A stretch of 64,000 nucleotides of DNA from Prevotella sp. (GCA_034101015.1 JAXEKN010000055.1:37243-101242); one strand, 5' to 3'. Shown: positions 18,199-29,055, counted from the first letter of the stretch. The notes: generated by a model from the letters alone, not told the origin. Program-made: numbers and translations.

Positions 18199-18588
18199 AT
18201 GGATATATTTTCAAAGATTGCAGCTGGCGAGATACCCAGCTATAAGTGTGCCGAGAACGACAAGTTCTATGCCTTTCTCGACATCAACCCGGTTGTGAAG
18301 GGTCATACATTGGTCATTCCTCGTCGTGAGGTTGACTATATCTTTGACATGACAGACGATGAGCTGGCAGAATATCAGGTGTTTGCCAAGCGTGTTGCCG
18401 TTGCCATCAAAAAGGCATTCCCATGCCGTAAGGTGGCACAGGTGGTGCTTGGACTGGAGGTGCCACATGCTCATATTCACCTTATTCCGATGAACACTGA
18501 GGCAGATGTTGATTTCCGTCGCGAGAAACTTAAGCTTAGCGACGAGGAGATGTCATCCATTGCCGAGGCTATAAGAAATAATTTCTAA
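18199..18588 (+). CDS. HIT family nucleotide hydrolase
   Basis: IFSKIAAGEIP, AFLDINP...GHTLVIP, histidine triad VPHAHIHLIP. Confidence 0.93.
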   Translation: MDIFSKIAAGEIPSYKCAENDKFYAFLDINPVVKGHTLVIPRREVDYIFDMTDDELAEYQVFAKRVAVAIKKAFPCRKVAQVVLGLEVPHAHIHLIPMNTEADVDFRREKLKLSDEEMSSIAEAIRNNF

Positions 18589-18696
18589 ATTACGCCAAGA
18601 CAGCGACCATTTATTATACGCCAAGACACAGGATTACCGTAGTGCAATGTCACTCTTTGGTAATCCTGTGTCTTGTGTTTTTCTCCTTAATACTCC

Positions 18697-19788
18697 TTAT
18701 ACGTATTCTTCGCCGTATTTCAGTTGCGCCTCATTGACATACTTACGCATCAGTCCCGAGGTGTCGCTCTTCTTGCATATCAGCAGCACATTGTCCTTCT
18801 CAGCCACAATAAAGCCCTCAAGTCCGTTGATTACTGCCAATTTCCCCTTAGGCAGCTTTATCACGTTGTCCTTGCAGTTTTCCATCATCACCGTAGAGTC
18901 GATGACGACATTGTCGCCCGGCTGTCGGCTCAGGCATTCATAAATGGAGTGCCATGTGCCAAGGTCTGCCCATCCGAAGTCACATCTCATGACATTCACG
19001 TTATGGCAATGCTCCAGCACGGCATAGTCAATGGAGAGGTTGGGGAATGAGGCGTAGCTCTGTTGGCAGAACTTAAGTGCATTTTCCACACACAGCCCTC
19101 CCTCCATATTATTCACGGCTTGGGCCACTTCGGGGAATATAGTGTCAAAACAGCGTCGCATATAGTCAGCCTTGGCAATAAACATGCCCGTATTCCATAA
19201 GAACTCCCCGCTCTCCATAAACAGTTTGGCAAAGTCGCGCTCTGGTTTCTCCGTAAACGATGCCACCTTAAACACATCCGGCTGACTTGTAGGCTCACCC
19301 ATCTGAATATATCCATACCCTGGCTCCGGACGTGATGGCTTGACACCCATGGTGAGTATCATATCGCTGTCGCTTACTTGTCTCAGTCCATTCTGCACAT
19401 TTATTCCGAATGAATCGTCATTAAGCACGAACTGGTCTGATGGAGTGAATATCACCACAGCCTCTGGATGTCTCTTGGCAATCATGGCAACAGCCCAGGC
19501 AACGCTTGGCGCGGTATTGCGGCTTACTGGTTCTACAATGAGATTCTCTTCTTTGAGATGTGGCAGTTGGAACCTAACCATATCTGCATAGTCCTTATTG
19601 GTGGTCACTATGATATTCTCCTCTGGCAGTATATTGGCAAACCGGTCGTATGTCATTTGCAGTTGTGAGCGCCCTATACCAAAGAAGTCAATAAACTGCT
19701 TAGGATAAGTTTCACGGCTACTTGGCCAAAGACGTCTTCCCTTGCCTCCTGCGAGTATCACGCAATAGTCAATATTTCTCTTTTCCAT
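18697..19788 (-). CDS. manC: Mannose-1-phosphate guanylyltransferase
   Basis: ILAGGKGRRLWPSSR...PKQF, EPVSRNTAP, PETGYGY-like PEPGYGYI, FTEKP, WNTGMF, SIDYAVLE, GWADLGTW. Confidence 0.92.
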   Translation of the reverse strand: MEKRNIDYCVILAGGKGRRLWPSSRETYPKQFIDFFGIGRSQLQMTYDRFANILPEENIIVTTNKDYADMVRFQLPHLKEENLIVEPVSRNTAPSVAWAVAMIAKRHPEAVVIFTPSDQFVLNDDSFGINVQNGLRQVSDSDMILTMGVKPSRPEPGYGYIQMGEPTSQPDVFKVASFTEKPERDFAKLFMESGEFLWNTGMFIAKADYMRRCFDTIFPEVAQAVNNMEGGLCVENALKFCQQSYASFPNLSIDYAVLEHCHNVNVMRCDFGWADLGTWHSIYECLSRQPGDNVVIDSTVMMENCKDNVIKLPKGKLAVINGLEGFIVAEKDNVLLICKKSDTSGLMRKYVNEAQLKYGEEYV

Positions 19789-19926
19789 AGCGATTATTAA
19801 ATTAATGTTGTCACTTTTCAGCCGCTAAGGTACAAAAAATATATGATATAAGCAAAGATTTTATATTTTTTAGCGCAAAAATTTGCGAAATAGAAAAAAA
19901 TGTTGTATCTTTGCACCCGAAAAGAA

Positions 19927-20008
19927 GCCCAGATGGCGGAATCGGTAGACGCGCTGGTCTCAAACACCAGTGGAGCAATCCGTGCCGGTTCGACCCCGGC
20001 TCTGGGTA
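19927..20008 (+). tRNA. tRNA-Leu (anticodon CAA)
   Basis: Acceptor GCCCAGA/TCTGGGT; anticodon arm CTGGT-CTCAAAC-ACCAG; long variable arm; GGTTCGA T-loop. Confidence 0.95.
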
Positions 20009-20013
20009 CGACG

Positions 20014-20046
20014 AAGAGCTGTAGGCGTTATGCTTACAGCTTTTTC
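20014..20046. terminator. Terminator between tRNA-Leu and the convergent peptidase gene
   Basis: AGCTGTAGGC/GCTTACAGCT stem followed by TTTT. Confidence 0.7.
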
Positions 20047-20074
20047 ACTTCTATTAAGGGTTGTGTTTTCTCCT

Positions 20075-20716
20075 TTATTTTTCAAAGTGCTGATAGTCCT
20101 TGAGGCTCTTCCAGTCGCCGCCCCATCTGAATCCATGCTTCTTGAATGCCCTGACACATGGGTCATCTTTTGTGATCTTATATTCAAACGGAAGGCTGCG
20201 GTCGGCATACCGGCGTGATATGTCGGGACTGACTTTTCCCCGCTTCACCATTGGATTGTACAAAGGATTAATGTCTATGGCCATGCCCATACTGTGTTTC
20301 GACAGTTTCCTTGTCCCCGCCACACGGCGGTAGTTGAATGCTGACGTATTATTGTCTCTCATCGACTTGTCGTCATCGCCGTCGTAATCATCAATAAGGC
20401 GTATTCGCTCTATCGGGTATTTCTCCTTATACAACTCGCGGAATATGTCCAACAGATCCGCGGCAATGGTCTTGTGGCATACGATTTCCCCCTTGTGTCT
20501 TCTCCCCTCGGCATCTACATGCCACACCACAAGATACCTGAGGTCGCTTCTCTTCAATCTGCATTCTCTCTTGTATGACTTACCCTGCATTCTTGCGAAC
20601 ACATCATCAGGCACGTTGGTTGCCGCAAAACCGTCATCCACGTCTTTGCCCATTGCAAGTGTCACAGCAGCTACCGCCACCATGAGGCAGATCCACATCC
20701 ATCTCTTCATCGTCAT
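20075..20716 (-). CDS. M15 family metallopeptidase (D,D- or L,D-carboxypeptidase-like), exported
   Basis: SAFNYR...SKHSMGMAIDINP...WGGDWKSLKDYQHFE; signal peptide. Confidence 0.88.
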   Translation of the reverse strand: MTMKRWMWICLMVAVAAVTLAMGKDVDDGFAATNVPDDVFARMQGKSYKRECRLKRSDLRYLVVWHVDAEGRRHKGEIVCHKTIAADLLDIFRELYKEKYPIERIRLIDDYDGDDDKSMRDNNTSAFNYRRVAGTRKLSKHSMGMAIDINPLYNPMVKRGKVSPDISRRYADRSLPFEYKITKDDPCVRAFKKHGFRWGGDWKSLKDYQHFEK

Positions 20717-20836
20717 ATCGTCTTTCTTCCATAATTAGATGCTCTTGTCATTTATTGGGTGCAAAGATAATGCAAATATCGGAAAAAACAAAATAAAAGA
20801 GGAAAAACTTAAGGCTTTACCTCGATTTCACACAAT

Positions 20837-20878
20837 AAAAAAACTCCGGTCAGGTTGCCGAGGCGACTTGACCGGAGA
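20837..20878 (-). terminator. Intrinsic terminator after the 538-aa gene
   Basis: CTCCGGTCA/TGACCGGAG stem with an adjacent A7 (T7 on the minus strand). Confidence 0.75.
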
Positions 20879-20901
20879 TAATGGTTGATATGTGATAAGA
20901 G

Positions 20902-22518
20902 TTATCTTATAATCTTCTTGCCTTTGGAGATATAGATATTCTTGGTCTTTGCAGACTTCATCTTCATACCATTGATATTGTATATGGCATCTTCCTTGTC
21001 CGCATCAACCGATACTCCATCTATTGCAGTGACATAACCAGATGTCTTGAACACGGCAGAAACCTTGTCGGCATATTCATTTCCGTCGGGGAATGTGACT
21101 CCTGTCAATTCAAACTTGACGTCTGTATTTGCGTCACGGCTGAATTCTGGAATATCCACGGTGATGATTCTTGCATCTTCGTCCTCAGGATCGGCCTCAA
21201 CCTTAATGTTTTCAAGAGCCACATCGACAGATGCTTCCTGGCCCTCATAGACATAGCTGAACTTGGCACCCTCAAACGTCAGCACGCCATCGCCAGTCTC
21301 ACGAACCCACATCTCCACGTTCTTTGCCTTGTCGATATTGCCTCCCTTGGCAGGAGTGAAGTCAGTGGTCAGGTCATACTCAACGATCTTGAATGTATAG
21401 TTGAATGAGAATGAGCCGAGAGTACCTAATCCTTCTGAATATGCGTAGTTGCCTTTAGTATCACGTACATTGGTGATTTGGAGCGTGATATTATCATACA
21501 TGTTTGTCACCTTCATTGTTGCGAGTGTGCGCAATACACCGCGCAGGTCAACAAGAAGTGTCTCACCCTGTACCACTACTGGCAGTTCTTCGTAATATGA
21601 GTCATTCTCATATTCAATATTACCATAGGTGAGACTTGCGTGAGGCATGTATGTCCTGTTGTTCACCCTGCCATTGAATGTGAGTTTCACCACACCATTA
21701 CTGAAGTTCTCAGGCATCCAGGAAAGGAAAGTGTTAAGTCCATGACCCGGTGTGTTCTCTTGTGATACCAACATTATGGGCTTGGCAGCTGCCTTGTATG
21801 TGACTTTTACGTCACCCAACTCCTGCGTGCCGTCAGCCGATGTCACTCCAGAGATGGTAAATGTGATGTCATCGCCTTCCTTGAGCAAGTTGTTCTCATA
21901 CAGGTCGATAAGCACAGCCTTTGCTTCTGTGGAGATAAAGCGGCCTTGCGGGTTGGCTGTGATTGAATAATCCTCGCCTCTAACAGTGATTTTGGCAGTA
22001 TTAAACTTTACGTCCTTGTTGAATGTAAAGGACACAAGGCTGTTTGAAGCAGAAAGCACGCTGCCCTCTTCGGGTGTTATCGACATAAGCTGCAAGGGCT
22101 TTATAGCCACAGCGTTCTCGCCGTATGCCACCGTCACGGAATATGTTGACTGTGGGAATCTGAAATATATATAATATGTAGTGCCCGCCTCTGTCCCCTT
22201 GGCTATAGGCACCTTGAATGTGAATGGGCTTGAACCCAGTGTCTGGCTCTCCACTTCGTTTTGCATCTCTGCGTCTGAATAGCAGAATACAGCGGTCTCA
22301 AGCAAGTCGTCGATGACGAGCGACACATTGTCGGTGGTGACCGTTTCCGGCACGACAAACTTTGCATAGCATTCCTTCATTGATGTCAGTTGCAATGACT
22401 TGCCATTTTCCAGTACGTAGGGATCCTCCTTCGTACCCGTTCCTTCTGCCCATGATGTCATTCCGACCAAGAGGGTGGCAATAAGCATCAATGTGCGGCT
22501 CTTAAAAATGTTCTTCAT
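20902..22518 (-). CDS. Secreted Ig-like (Big_5-type) domain protein with T9SS-type C-terminal domain; function unknown
   Basis: Signal peptide; TPEEGSVL...VSFTFNKDV and TPAKGGNI modules; tail TAIDGVSVD...IYNINGMKM...IYISKGKKIIR. Confidence 0.7.
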   Translation of the reverse strand: MKNIFKSRTLMLIATLLVGMTSWAEGTGTKEDPYVLENGKSLQLTSMKECYAKFVVPETVTTDNVSLVIDDLLETAVFCYSDAEMQNEVESQTLGSSPFTFKVPIAKGTEAGTTYYIYFRFPQSTYSVTVAYGENAVAIKPLQLMSITPEEGSVLSASNSLVSFTFNKDVKFNTAKITVRGEDYSITANPQGRFISTEAKAVLIDLYENNLLKEGDDITFTISGVTSADGTQELGDVKVTYKAAAKPIMLVSQENTPGHGLNTFLSWMPENFSNGVVKLTFNGRVNNRTYMPHASLTYGNIEYENDSYYEELPVVVQGETLLVDLRGVLRTLATMKVTNMYDNITLQITNVRDTKGNYAYSEGLGTLGSFSFNYTFKIVEYDLTTDFTPAKGGNIDKAKNVEMWVRETGDGVLTFEGAKFSYVYEGQEASVDVALENIKVEADPEDEDARIITVDIPEFSRDANTDVKFELTGVTFPDGNEYADKVSAVFKTSGYVTAIDGVSVDADKEDAIYNINGMKMKSAKTKNIYISKGKKIIR

Positions 22519-22551
22519 AATAATAATGTATTAATAGTGAATGATGATTTA

Positions 22552-22590
22552 TAAAAAGAATGGGACTACATTGATTGCAATCCCATTCTC
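22552..22590 (-). terminator. Intrinsic terminator after the 783-aa gene
   Basis: GAATGGGA/TCCCATTC stem with an adjacent A-run. Confidence 0.65.
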
Positions 22591-22635
22591 TTATTTATAG
22601 GATAATCTAACTAAAGCGTCTCAAACAATGGAGAA

Positions 22636-24987
22636 TTACTTTCTGATGATAACCTTCTTGCCGTTGATGATATACATCTTGTTAGGCTCAAGGGTCTTAA
22701 TCACACTTGCATCGCCACGCTTAACCAATACACCGGCTGCATTGTAAATCTCAACATTCTTCTCTTTTGCAAACATTGCCTGGATCTCTGTGGCGCATCC
22801 AACACCCCACTCAAATGTAAGGTCTTTGTCAACTACATTTGAATTGTTCGTATATTCAAATACGAAGCCGGCAGGCAAGAAGAGCTTGTAGATACCTGTT
22901 GCTGTGTATTCATTTCCAAGATTAACTGTCATAATATTATATGGGTATCCATAATAAATATTTGTGTTTCCAAGATTTACAACTTCTCCACTTGGCAATG
23001 TGAATGTAGGCTGCTTAGTAACAAAGTCAAAATCAACACCATTTTCTTCAGAAATCTTATTGAATGTAACAGTGATATTAGACAAGCTCTCAACTGTTGA
23101 ACCATTTGCAGGAGTTACCTCAAATTCTGCCTTTGGAGCCTCGATAGTCCATGTGAAAGTAATGTCCTCCTCATTTGATGTATCACCTTCCCAACCATAA
23201 ACTACAGCACCAGCAGGTATTGTCAGAGTGTATGTGCCAGGAGTTGTGATTTCTTCTCCAAGAGTGAAGATGCCTTCATTATTAGCAGTACCATAAGTGC
23301 AGTCAACCTTGTACTCATTGTTGTCCGCATCAGTTATGACGGGGTTACCATTACCCCAGCCAATGATTTCCTGACCATCGAATGTAACGCTGATAGTCTT
23401 CAGACTTTCAACAACACCCTCAGCAGGATTTACAGTGTAAGTCTGGACAACAGGAGCCTCAATCTCGTACTTAAAGTAGAATGGCTCTGTGTTTACGTTA
23501 GCCTCATCGTTGTTGAAGTAAACAGCACCAGCGGGGATAGTAATTGTGTAATTTCCAGGCTCAGTGAATGAACCTTCATCAAGAAGAGCAGCTCTCAACA
23601 GGTTGTTGCCCTGTCCCGGAGTGTAGAGAGGCATGGCGTATGTGTATGTCCATCCATACTTCTCCAAAGAAATAGTAGGAGCAAATGCACCTGTCCATGC
23701 AATGTTATCTACACCGTTGAATGTGAAGGTGAAGCCATCAAGTGCAGATACAGGACCTTGGGCTGGGTCAGAGATTGTAGATATTGTTTCTGGAACGTTT
23801 GTTGTAGGAGCGGCAACGGTGAATGTGTATGTTTCAGCCTTGCAAGGCTTAGATGTAAATCCATCACCAGTCTGGTCGAGGTTGAACACTCCCTTAGGTA
23901 CATTCACGGTGTATGTACCAGGAGTTGTAATAACGTTGTCCAAAGAAACGATAACTTCATTCACTAAGTAATTATAATTATCTCTTTGTGCAAATGGAAT
24001 AACACTCTCTATTTCTGTAGATGTAGCAACAACGTTGCCTACACCATCTGTAATGGTGATAGTTTTGCCAGTATATGCATCCAGAATACCATCAGTATAT
24101 GCAAACTTCAGTGCATTTACAAAGCTAGGCTTAGCTGTTTCAGATGGCCAAGCAATATTGGCAGTAGGCAGGTTGAAGTCAACGTCAACATTTACCTGAT
24201 AAGCAGAAGCTTCTTTCTCGCCGCTATTACCCTTTACTGCGCCACCATTGTCCTTGCCATAGGCATATACGTTAAGAGTAAACTGGTGGTAAGTTGAAAG
24301 GATAGACTCTGGGATAGTGACAGTGACGGTCTTCTCATCTTCAGACAAAGCTACACCGCAATCCACAGTGCCATCACCCATTCCACGAGGAATTGTGGAT
24401 TTTACATTCTGAACAGGACCGCTGTATGTGAAGCTGATGGTGTTCTGACTTGGATCGGCGAGAGCAAACTGAGACTCCGAAGTAACGATAGTATTGGGAT
24501 CCGGGTCAACGAGAGTCACGGAGCTATATTCATACTGCTTTGTGCCACCCTTGATAACCTGGTCAGTGCTGGTGAAGTTTGAAGGAACATCTCCTGCGGC
24601 ATCAGGGTTGGTCTCATATCCTGTGATAATAACAGGATAATCAACACCTGAGGCCAGTTCGTAATCAAGTGGAATCCAGAAAGTGAATTTTCCATCATCA
24701 CCCTTGGCTACGCTCGACCAAGTCTTCATGTAGGTGTCACCCTCGCCAAGCTTGAGAATCAGGTAATTGACATTTGCGTCATCCTCAAGAGTTACAACAA
24801 CGTTGTAGCCAGCGATAAGTTTCTCGACAGATTCTGCCGCAAGAAGGTCAATCTTCTCAGTACCACCCTCATTTTGCATAACGAGACTTTTGAGTGTCTG
24901 TGCATTGACATTCCCACCAAAGAGGGTGAGAAGCATCACAGCGAGAGTCACGAGCATGCCGTGCTTTGAGTAAAATTCTTCTCTCAT
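22636..24987 (-). CDS. Secreted multi-Ig-repeat protein with T9SS-type C-terminal domain
   Basis: At least three ~100-aa repeats (PAQG/PAEG/PANG...TF...Y.hTIPAG.h); tail IYNAAGVLV...MYIINGKKVIIRK. Confidence 0.72.
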   Translation of the reverse strand: MREEFYSKHGMLVTLAVMLLTLFGGNVNAQTLKSLVMQNEGGTEKIDLLAAESVEKLIAGYNVVVTLEDDANVNYLILKLGEGDTYMKTWSSVAKGDDGKFTFWIPLDYELASGVDYPVIITGYETNPDAAGDVPSNFTSTDQVIKGGTKQYEYSSVTLVDPDPNTIVTSESQFALADPSQNTISFTYSGPVQNVKSTIPRGMGDGTVDCGVALSEDEKTVTVTIPESILSTYHQFTLNVYAYGKDNGGAVKGNSGEKEASAYQVNVDVDFNLPTANIAWPSETAKPSFVNALKFAYTDGILDAYTGKTITITDGVGNVVATSTEIESVIPFAQRDNYNYLVNEVIVSLDNVITTPGTYTVNVPKGVFNLDQTGDGFTSKPCKAETYTFTVAAPTTNVPETISTISDPAQGPVSALDGFTFTFNGVDNIAWTGAFAPTISLEKYGWTYTYAMPLYTPGQGNNLLRAALLDEGSFTEPGNYTITIPAGAVYFNNDEANVNTEPFYFKYEIEAPVVQTYTVNPAEGVVESLKTISVTFDGQEIIGWGNGNPVITDADNNEYKVDCTYGTANNEGIFTLGEEITTPGTYTLTIPAGAVVYGWEGDTSNEEDITFTWTIEAPKAEFEVTPANGSTVESLSNITVTFNKISEENGVDFDFVTKQPTFTLPSGEVVNLGNTNIYYGYPYNIMTVNLGNEYTATGIYKLFLPAGFVFEYTNNSNVVDKDLTFEWGVGCATEIQAMFAKEKNVEIYNAAGVLVKRGDASVIKTLEPNKMYIINGKKVIIRK

Positions 24988-25111
24988 AATCAAATGTTTT
25001 AAAAGTTAATGTATTAATATTTAAGTGTTATTATCAAATTCACGTGGCAAAATTACATAAAATTATTTAGAACACAAAACATTTTTGTGAAAAAGTGATG
25101 AAAATAAGCAA

Positions 25112-25165
25112 GAAAAAGAATACTGCCGTGCAGATTGGCCTAAAAAAGACGCTCTGCACGGCAGT
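25112..25165 (-). terminator. Terminator/hairpin after the large Omp28-domain gene
   Basis: 13-bp perfect inverted repeat ACTGCCGTGCAGA (25122-25134) / TCTGCACGGCAGT (25153-25165). Confidence 0.75.
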
Positions 25166-25195
25166 TAAATAATAAGAGAGAAATATTATAAATGA

Positions 25196-28100
25196 CTATT
25201 CGACAATAGTCTTCTTGGCTTTGTTGCCCTTCTTGACAATCACGAGACCCTTGTCGGCGGCGCGACCACCCACATTATAGGTATGTGTAGGTCCGTTGCC
25301 GTCCTCACTGTCCATCTCGATGCCCTCGATGCCAGTTGAGTCAACAACCTTCGCACGAGCCACGTTGAGTATCTCGCCAGTGGTGGTGTTGATGGCCATC
25401 ACAGTCACCTTGCAGTTGTTGATGTCGTTGACATACTGTGCATTCTCCTTCACACCGAATGAGATGGTGGCAGTATATGTCTCTCCGCTCTTCATGGTGT
25501 TGGGCAGGAGACCTGTCTGGCCGAGATAGTTGTTGGCGGGATAGAGGGCGCGTGCCACGTCGTTGAACGTGTAAGGATAAGCCACGCTCTTGCCGTATAT
25601 GCCGCCTGCCTGCCATTCACCGAGGTCGTCATCGTTGATGTTGTAGAGGTTGTTCTGCTGATAGCCAGTCAGGTTGTCTTCAGTGACTACGCAGAAGAGT
25701 CCGATGGTGGTGTTGTCGATATCGAGAGCCGGGCGCAATGTCACGGGTATGGAGAGCTTGTCGGTGGCAGCATCGTATGAAGCGGTGATGTCAAGGTCAG
25801 CCTCGGCGGCATTCGACATGATATTGCCAACCCTTTCGAGCCACAGTATCTGGTTGGACGTAGAGAAGACATAATCCACCTCACCCTGGTTGGTGATGCT
25901 TGTCATGGGCGAGTAAGCGCCTGCATATCTGTGGATAGTGGCTGAAGGAGCCGCATTCAGTCCGAGGAACGACTGCACGTAGGATGTCATGCCGCTCTCA
26001 AGGTTGTCGCCGGTATATGTGTGATAGCAAAGAGGAATGACCTTTTCGCCATATACCGACTCCAGTTTTTCGAGGGCAAGGTGTCCGAGCGGGCAGTTCT
26101 GGCAGCCCTGTCCAGTCATCTCCTCAAGCACTACCTTCTTTTCAGTCTGGAACAAGAGGTTCTTGATGGTTACATCCATCTGATATGATGTCTCACCGTC
26201 ATTGAGCACAGCCTGAACGGCGAAGGTATTACTCTTACCGGTGGCGAGGGCAATCTCCTTGGTGAAGTCGAAGTCGAAGGTGTCGCCCTTCTTCATCTCC
26301 ACGTTGTCCTTGCCCACTTCCTCGATGACATTGCCTTCGGAGTCAATGAGCTTGACGGCAATCTTCTGGTATGTCTTGGTCTCGTTGGCAATAGTGGCTG
26401 TACCCTTCACCTTCTGTGATGTGCCGTTGACCTGTGATGTCTCCACACCTGATAGTGAGATGGTCACGTCCATCATCCTCTTCACCGCAATGTCAGTGAC
26501 GAAGATGGCACTTTGGTTGGTGTTTTCATTGACGAAGGCGATATATACCTTCTTGCCGGCATATTTGGCGAGATCTACTGTGTAGTCCGTCCAGTCGCCG
26601 TCGAGAGTGTTCTCGTATTCTCCGGGGAAGAGCTGCTCGTTGAAGACCACGTCACCGTCGGTGCGCATCTTTGCCACGATGTCAGCGTCAAGTTCGTTGA
26701 TTACATCGTCACTTTCATATACGATTACCTTCAGGATGTCCTTTTTCGTGCTCAGATAGCTCTGTCCCTTGAATGAAAGTACTGTGTTCTTGTCGGGAAC
26801 GGTGATCTGCGGACAAACCATCCAGTCGTTAGACTTGCCTGTAGGCATATACATGGAATGGGAGATGGCACATGTGTTGCTGTAGTCATCATCCGCACCG
26901 TGAATCCACGGCATGTTCTTCTCGAAGCCCCATTCACTCATGGCAGAGGTGGGTTTCTTCTGGTCGCCGTCGTAGAGCAACATATTGTTTACACCGCCTG
27001 AGAAGTCTTCGAAGATGATATTGTTGTCGTCGCCCTGAATGGTGCGCTCATATACACCCTCGTATTCCACTGAGCATTCAGTGTTCTTGCAACTGCCGCT
27101 GAGGTCGGTCACAGCACCGGCGGGCAGCACTACGCGATAGTTGGTGCCCTTGTAGAGCAACTGAGTGGCTACGGGATAAACCATCACTTGCTTGTATGTC
27201 TCGGAGGTCTTTCCTGAAAGGATGCTCAACTCACATTGTGGCTCATCCTCGCCTACCTTATATAAATAAGCCTTGGCACCGGAAGCCACGGCCACCTCTG
27301 TGTCGAACGAGAACACCACTGGGCTTGTCGTCATGTCAAACTGTCCCATCATACTGCCGTTTTCGGGCGAAACACCAGTCATAGTGAGGTCCTTGGAGCC
27401 ATAGCCCTTGTATTTCACGGTAATCTCGCTGTTGCTGCGTCCGGTGTCGCCCTTCAGACAGATAGCCCCCGCGGGTATGACGAGAGTGTATTCCTTGCCC
27501 TCCTCCAATGAGAAGGTGCGGAAACCGATGTTGACAATCTTGGAGTTGTTGGCGTTGACCTCAAACTTAATGGCGTTCTTGACCACGTTGCCCTCGGCGT
27601 CCTTCACTGCTATGCCCGACATATCGCCAATGACCTCCACATTGCGGCTGAAGGTAAGTGAGATGCTTGATATCTTGGATAATGTGGCGCCGTTCATAGG
27701 CGTGATGCTGAACTTCTTCAGCAGATCGACCTTCTCGCATACAGAGCCAAATGTCTCTGGCACAGTGAGATGGTAGTTTTCTGTGTTGATATATGCTATT
27801 GACACCATCGACTTGCAGTCGGCAGCCACGGAGATAGCCAGACCAGTGGCGTCATATCCCGTGTGGGTGTAGTAATTGATGCCATATACCTGGCTCAGTA
27901 TCTCGTCCAGGCCATACCAGTAACCGTTATGTCGTACATAAAGCGAGCGGCTGGGGCTTACGGCAGGAGTGGCGGCATACACCGTGCCCTTGTTGTCGAT
28001 GCTCACGCAGCCCTTGTCGATGTCCTCTGAGTCGAGATAATACTCCATCTCCTTGGTCTCGGTGTTGTAGCGGAAGGGGGCGCGCTCGTCGTTCATGGTA

Positions 28101-28894
28101 TAGAGCACACCCGACACCCACTTGCCGTTGGGGCTGACGCATATACCGTCGAGTCCATAAACATTGTCGTGTTTCTGAGTATAAGGGAGTTTCTTCGTGT
28201 CGTCGAAGTCAAAGACGATGGGGTCGAATGTCTCCGTCTGGCGGTCATAGAGGAAATAGACCACGTCCTGCGGATAGCTGAAGCTGATACATCCCGTGAT
28301 GTAGCGCGCGTCGGCTGACAGACCCGTGAATCGTGTCATCAGCTGGTACTCGCCCGACAGGTCTTTCTGCGGGATGTTGGGAGTGCTGATCACTTTTCCC
28401 GTCGTAAGGTCCCACATCGTCGGCACCTCAAAGAGCATGTTGGAGTTGATGCCGCATGTACCCACGGCATACTTGCCGTCGGGAGTGACAGCATTGATGC
28501 GTCCGTTCTCGCATCCCTCGGGCAGCGACACCTTGGTCCACTCCTTCGTGGCGGTGTTCCATGTGGCGGGATAACCCTGATATGAGCCGACAACCATCTG
28601 TCCGTCGTCAGTCACGTCGCCAGCGTTGCTGACGATGACACCGTCACCATCGGCGAGGTTGATGGTCTCCTTGGTTTGCAGATTGATGAGCTTGGGGAAG
28701 GCATCCTGGTCGTTGGCATTCGGACCGTATGCTATGGCCCATTTGCCATTGTCCGACATTGCACGGAATGTCGAGCCGTCACTCATCGTGTAGGTGGTCA
28801 GTTGGGCACTGGCATTTTGAGCCGCCATACCCAAAGTCGAAAAAAGACATGCCACAAGCATGCAGATTTTCATAGTAATTCCGTTTCTCAGCAT
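25196..28894 (-). CDS. Large T9SS cargo: beta-propeller-like N-terminus, two Ig-like domains, cleaved-adhesin-like domain, Omp28-related domain (CxxC), C-terminal sorting domain
   Basis: xSxDGKyAVG propeller repeats; NDWMVCPQI...FSFKGQS...KKVYIAFVN adhesin-like motif; VVLEEMTGQGCQNCPLG; GEILNVAR; tail TYNVGGR...VKKGNKAKKTIVE. Confidence 0.8.
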   Translation of the reverse strand: MLRNGITMKICMLVACLFSTLGMAAQNASAQLTTYTMSDGSTFRAMSDNGKWAIAYGPNANDQDAFPKLINLQTKETINLADGDGVIVSNAGDVTDDGQMVVGSYQGYPATWNTATKEWTKVSLPEGCENGRINAVTPDGKYAVGTCGINSNMLFEVPTMWDLTTGKVISTPNIPQKDLSGEYQLMTRFTGLSADARYITGCISFSYPQDVVYFLYDRQTETFDPIVFDFDDTKKLPYTQKHDNVYGLDGICVSPNGKWVSGVLYTMNDERAPFRYNTETKEMEYYLDSEDIDKGCVSIDNKGTVYAATPAVSPSRSLYVRHNGYWYGLDEILSQVYGINYYTHTGYDATGLAISVAADCKSMVSIAYINTENYHLTVPETFGSVCEKVDLLKKFSITPMNGATLSKISSISLTFSRNVEVIGDMSGIAVKDAEGNVVKNAIKFEVNANNSKIVNIGFRTFSLEEGKEYTLVIPAGAICLKGDTGRSNSEITVKYKGYGSKDLTMTGVSPENGSMMGQFDMTTSPVVFSFDTEVAVASGAKAYLYKVGEDEPQCELSILSGKTSETYKQVMVYPVATQLLYKGTNYRVVLPAGAVTDLSGSCKNTECSVEYEGVYERTIQGDDNNIIFEDFSGGVNNMLLYDGDQKKPTSAMSEWGFEKNMPWIHGADDDYSNTCAISHSMYMPTGKSNDWMVCPQITVPDKNTVLSFKGQSYLSTKKDILKVIVYESDDVINELDADIVAKMRTDGDVVFNEQLFPGEYENTLDGDWTDYTVDLAKYAGKKVYIAFVNENTNQSAIFVTDIAVKRMMDVTISLSGVETSQVNGTSQKVKGTATIANETKTYQKIAVKLIDSEGNVIEEVGKDNVEMKKGDTFDFDFTKEIALATGKSNTFAVQAVLNDGETSYQMDVTIKNLLFQTEKKVVLEEMTGQGCQNCPLGHLALEKLESVYGEKVIPLCYHTYTGDNLESGMTSYVQSFLGLNAAPSATIHRYAGAYSPMTSITNQGEVDYVFSTSNQILWLERVGNIMSNAAEADLDITASYDAATDKLSIPVTLRPALDIDNTTIGLFCVVTEDNLTGYQQNNLYNINDDDLGEWQAGGIYGKSVAYPYTFNDVARALYPANNYLGQTGLLPNTMKSGETYTATISFGVKENAQYVNDINNCKVTVMAINTTTGEILNVARAKVVDSTGIEGIEMDSEDGNGPTHTYNVGGRAADKGLVIVKKGNKAKKTIVE

Positions 28895-29055
28895 AGTATT
28901 ATTACTTAATAAAATTAAAATCTTCGGCAAAGTTACACAATAAATATTTATTTTTGCTTGTTTTATTGCTTTTTCTAAGAAAATAAAGCATTATTTAATA
29001 GAAATTTCGTAATTTTGCAGCAAAAACATAACGAAATGCGTTAATTCAATTAATT

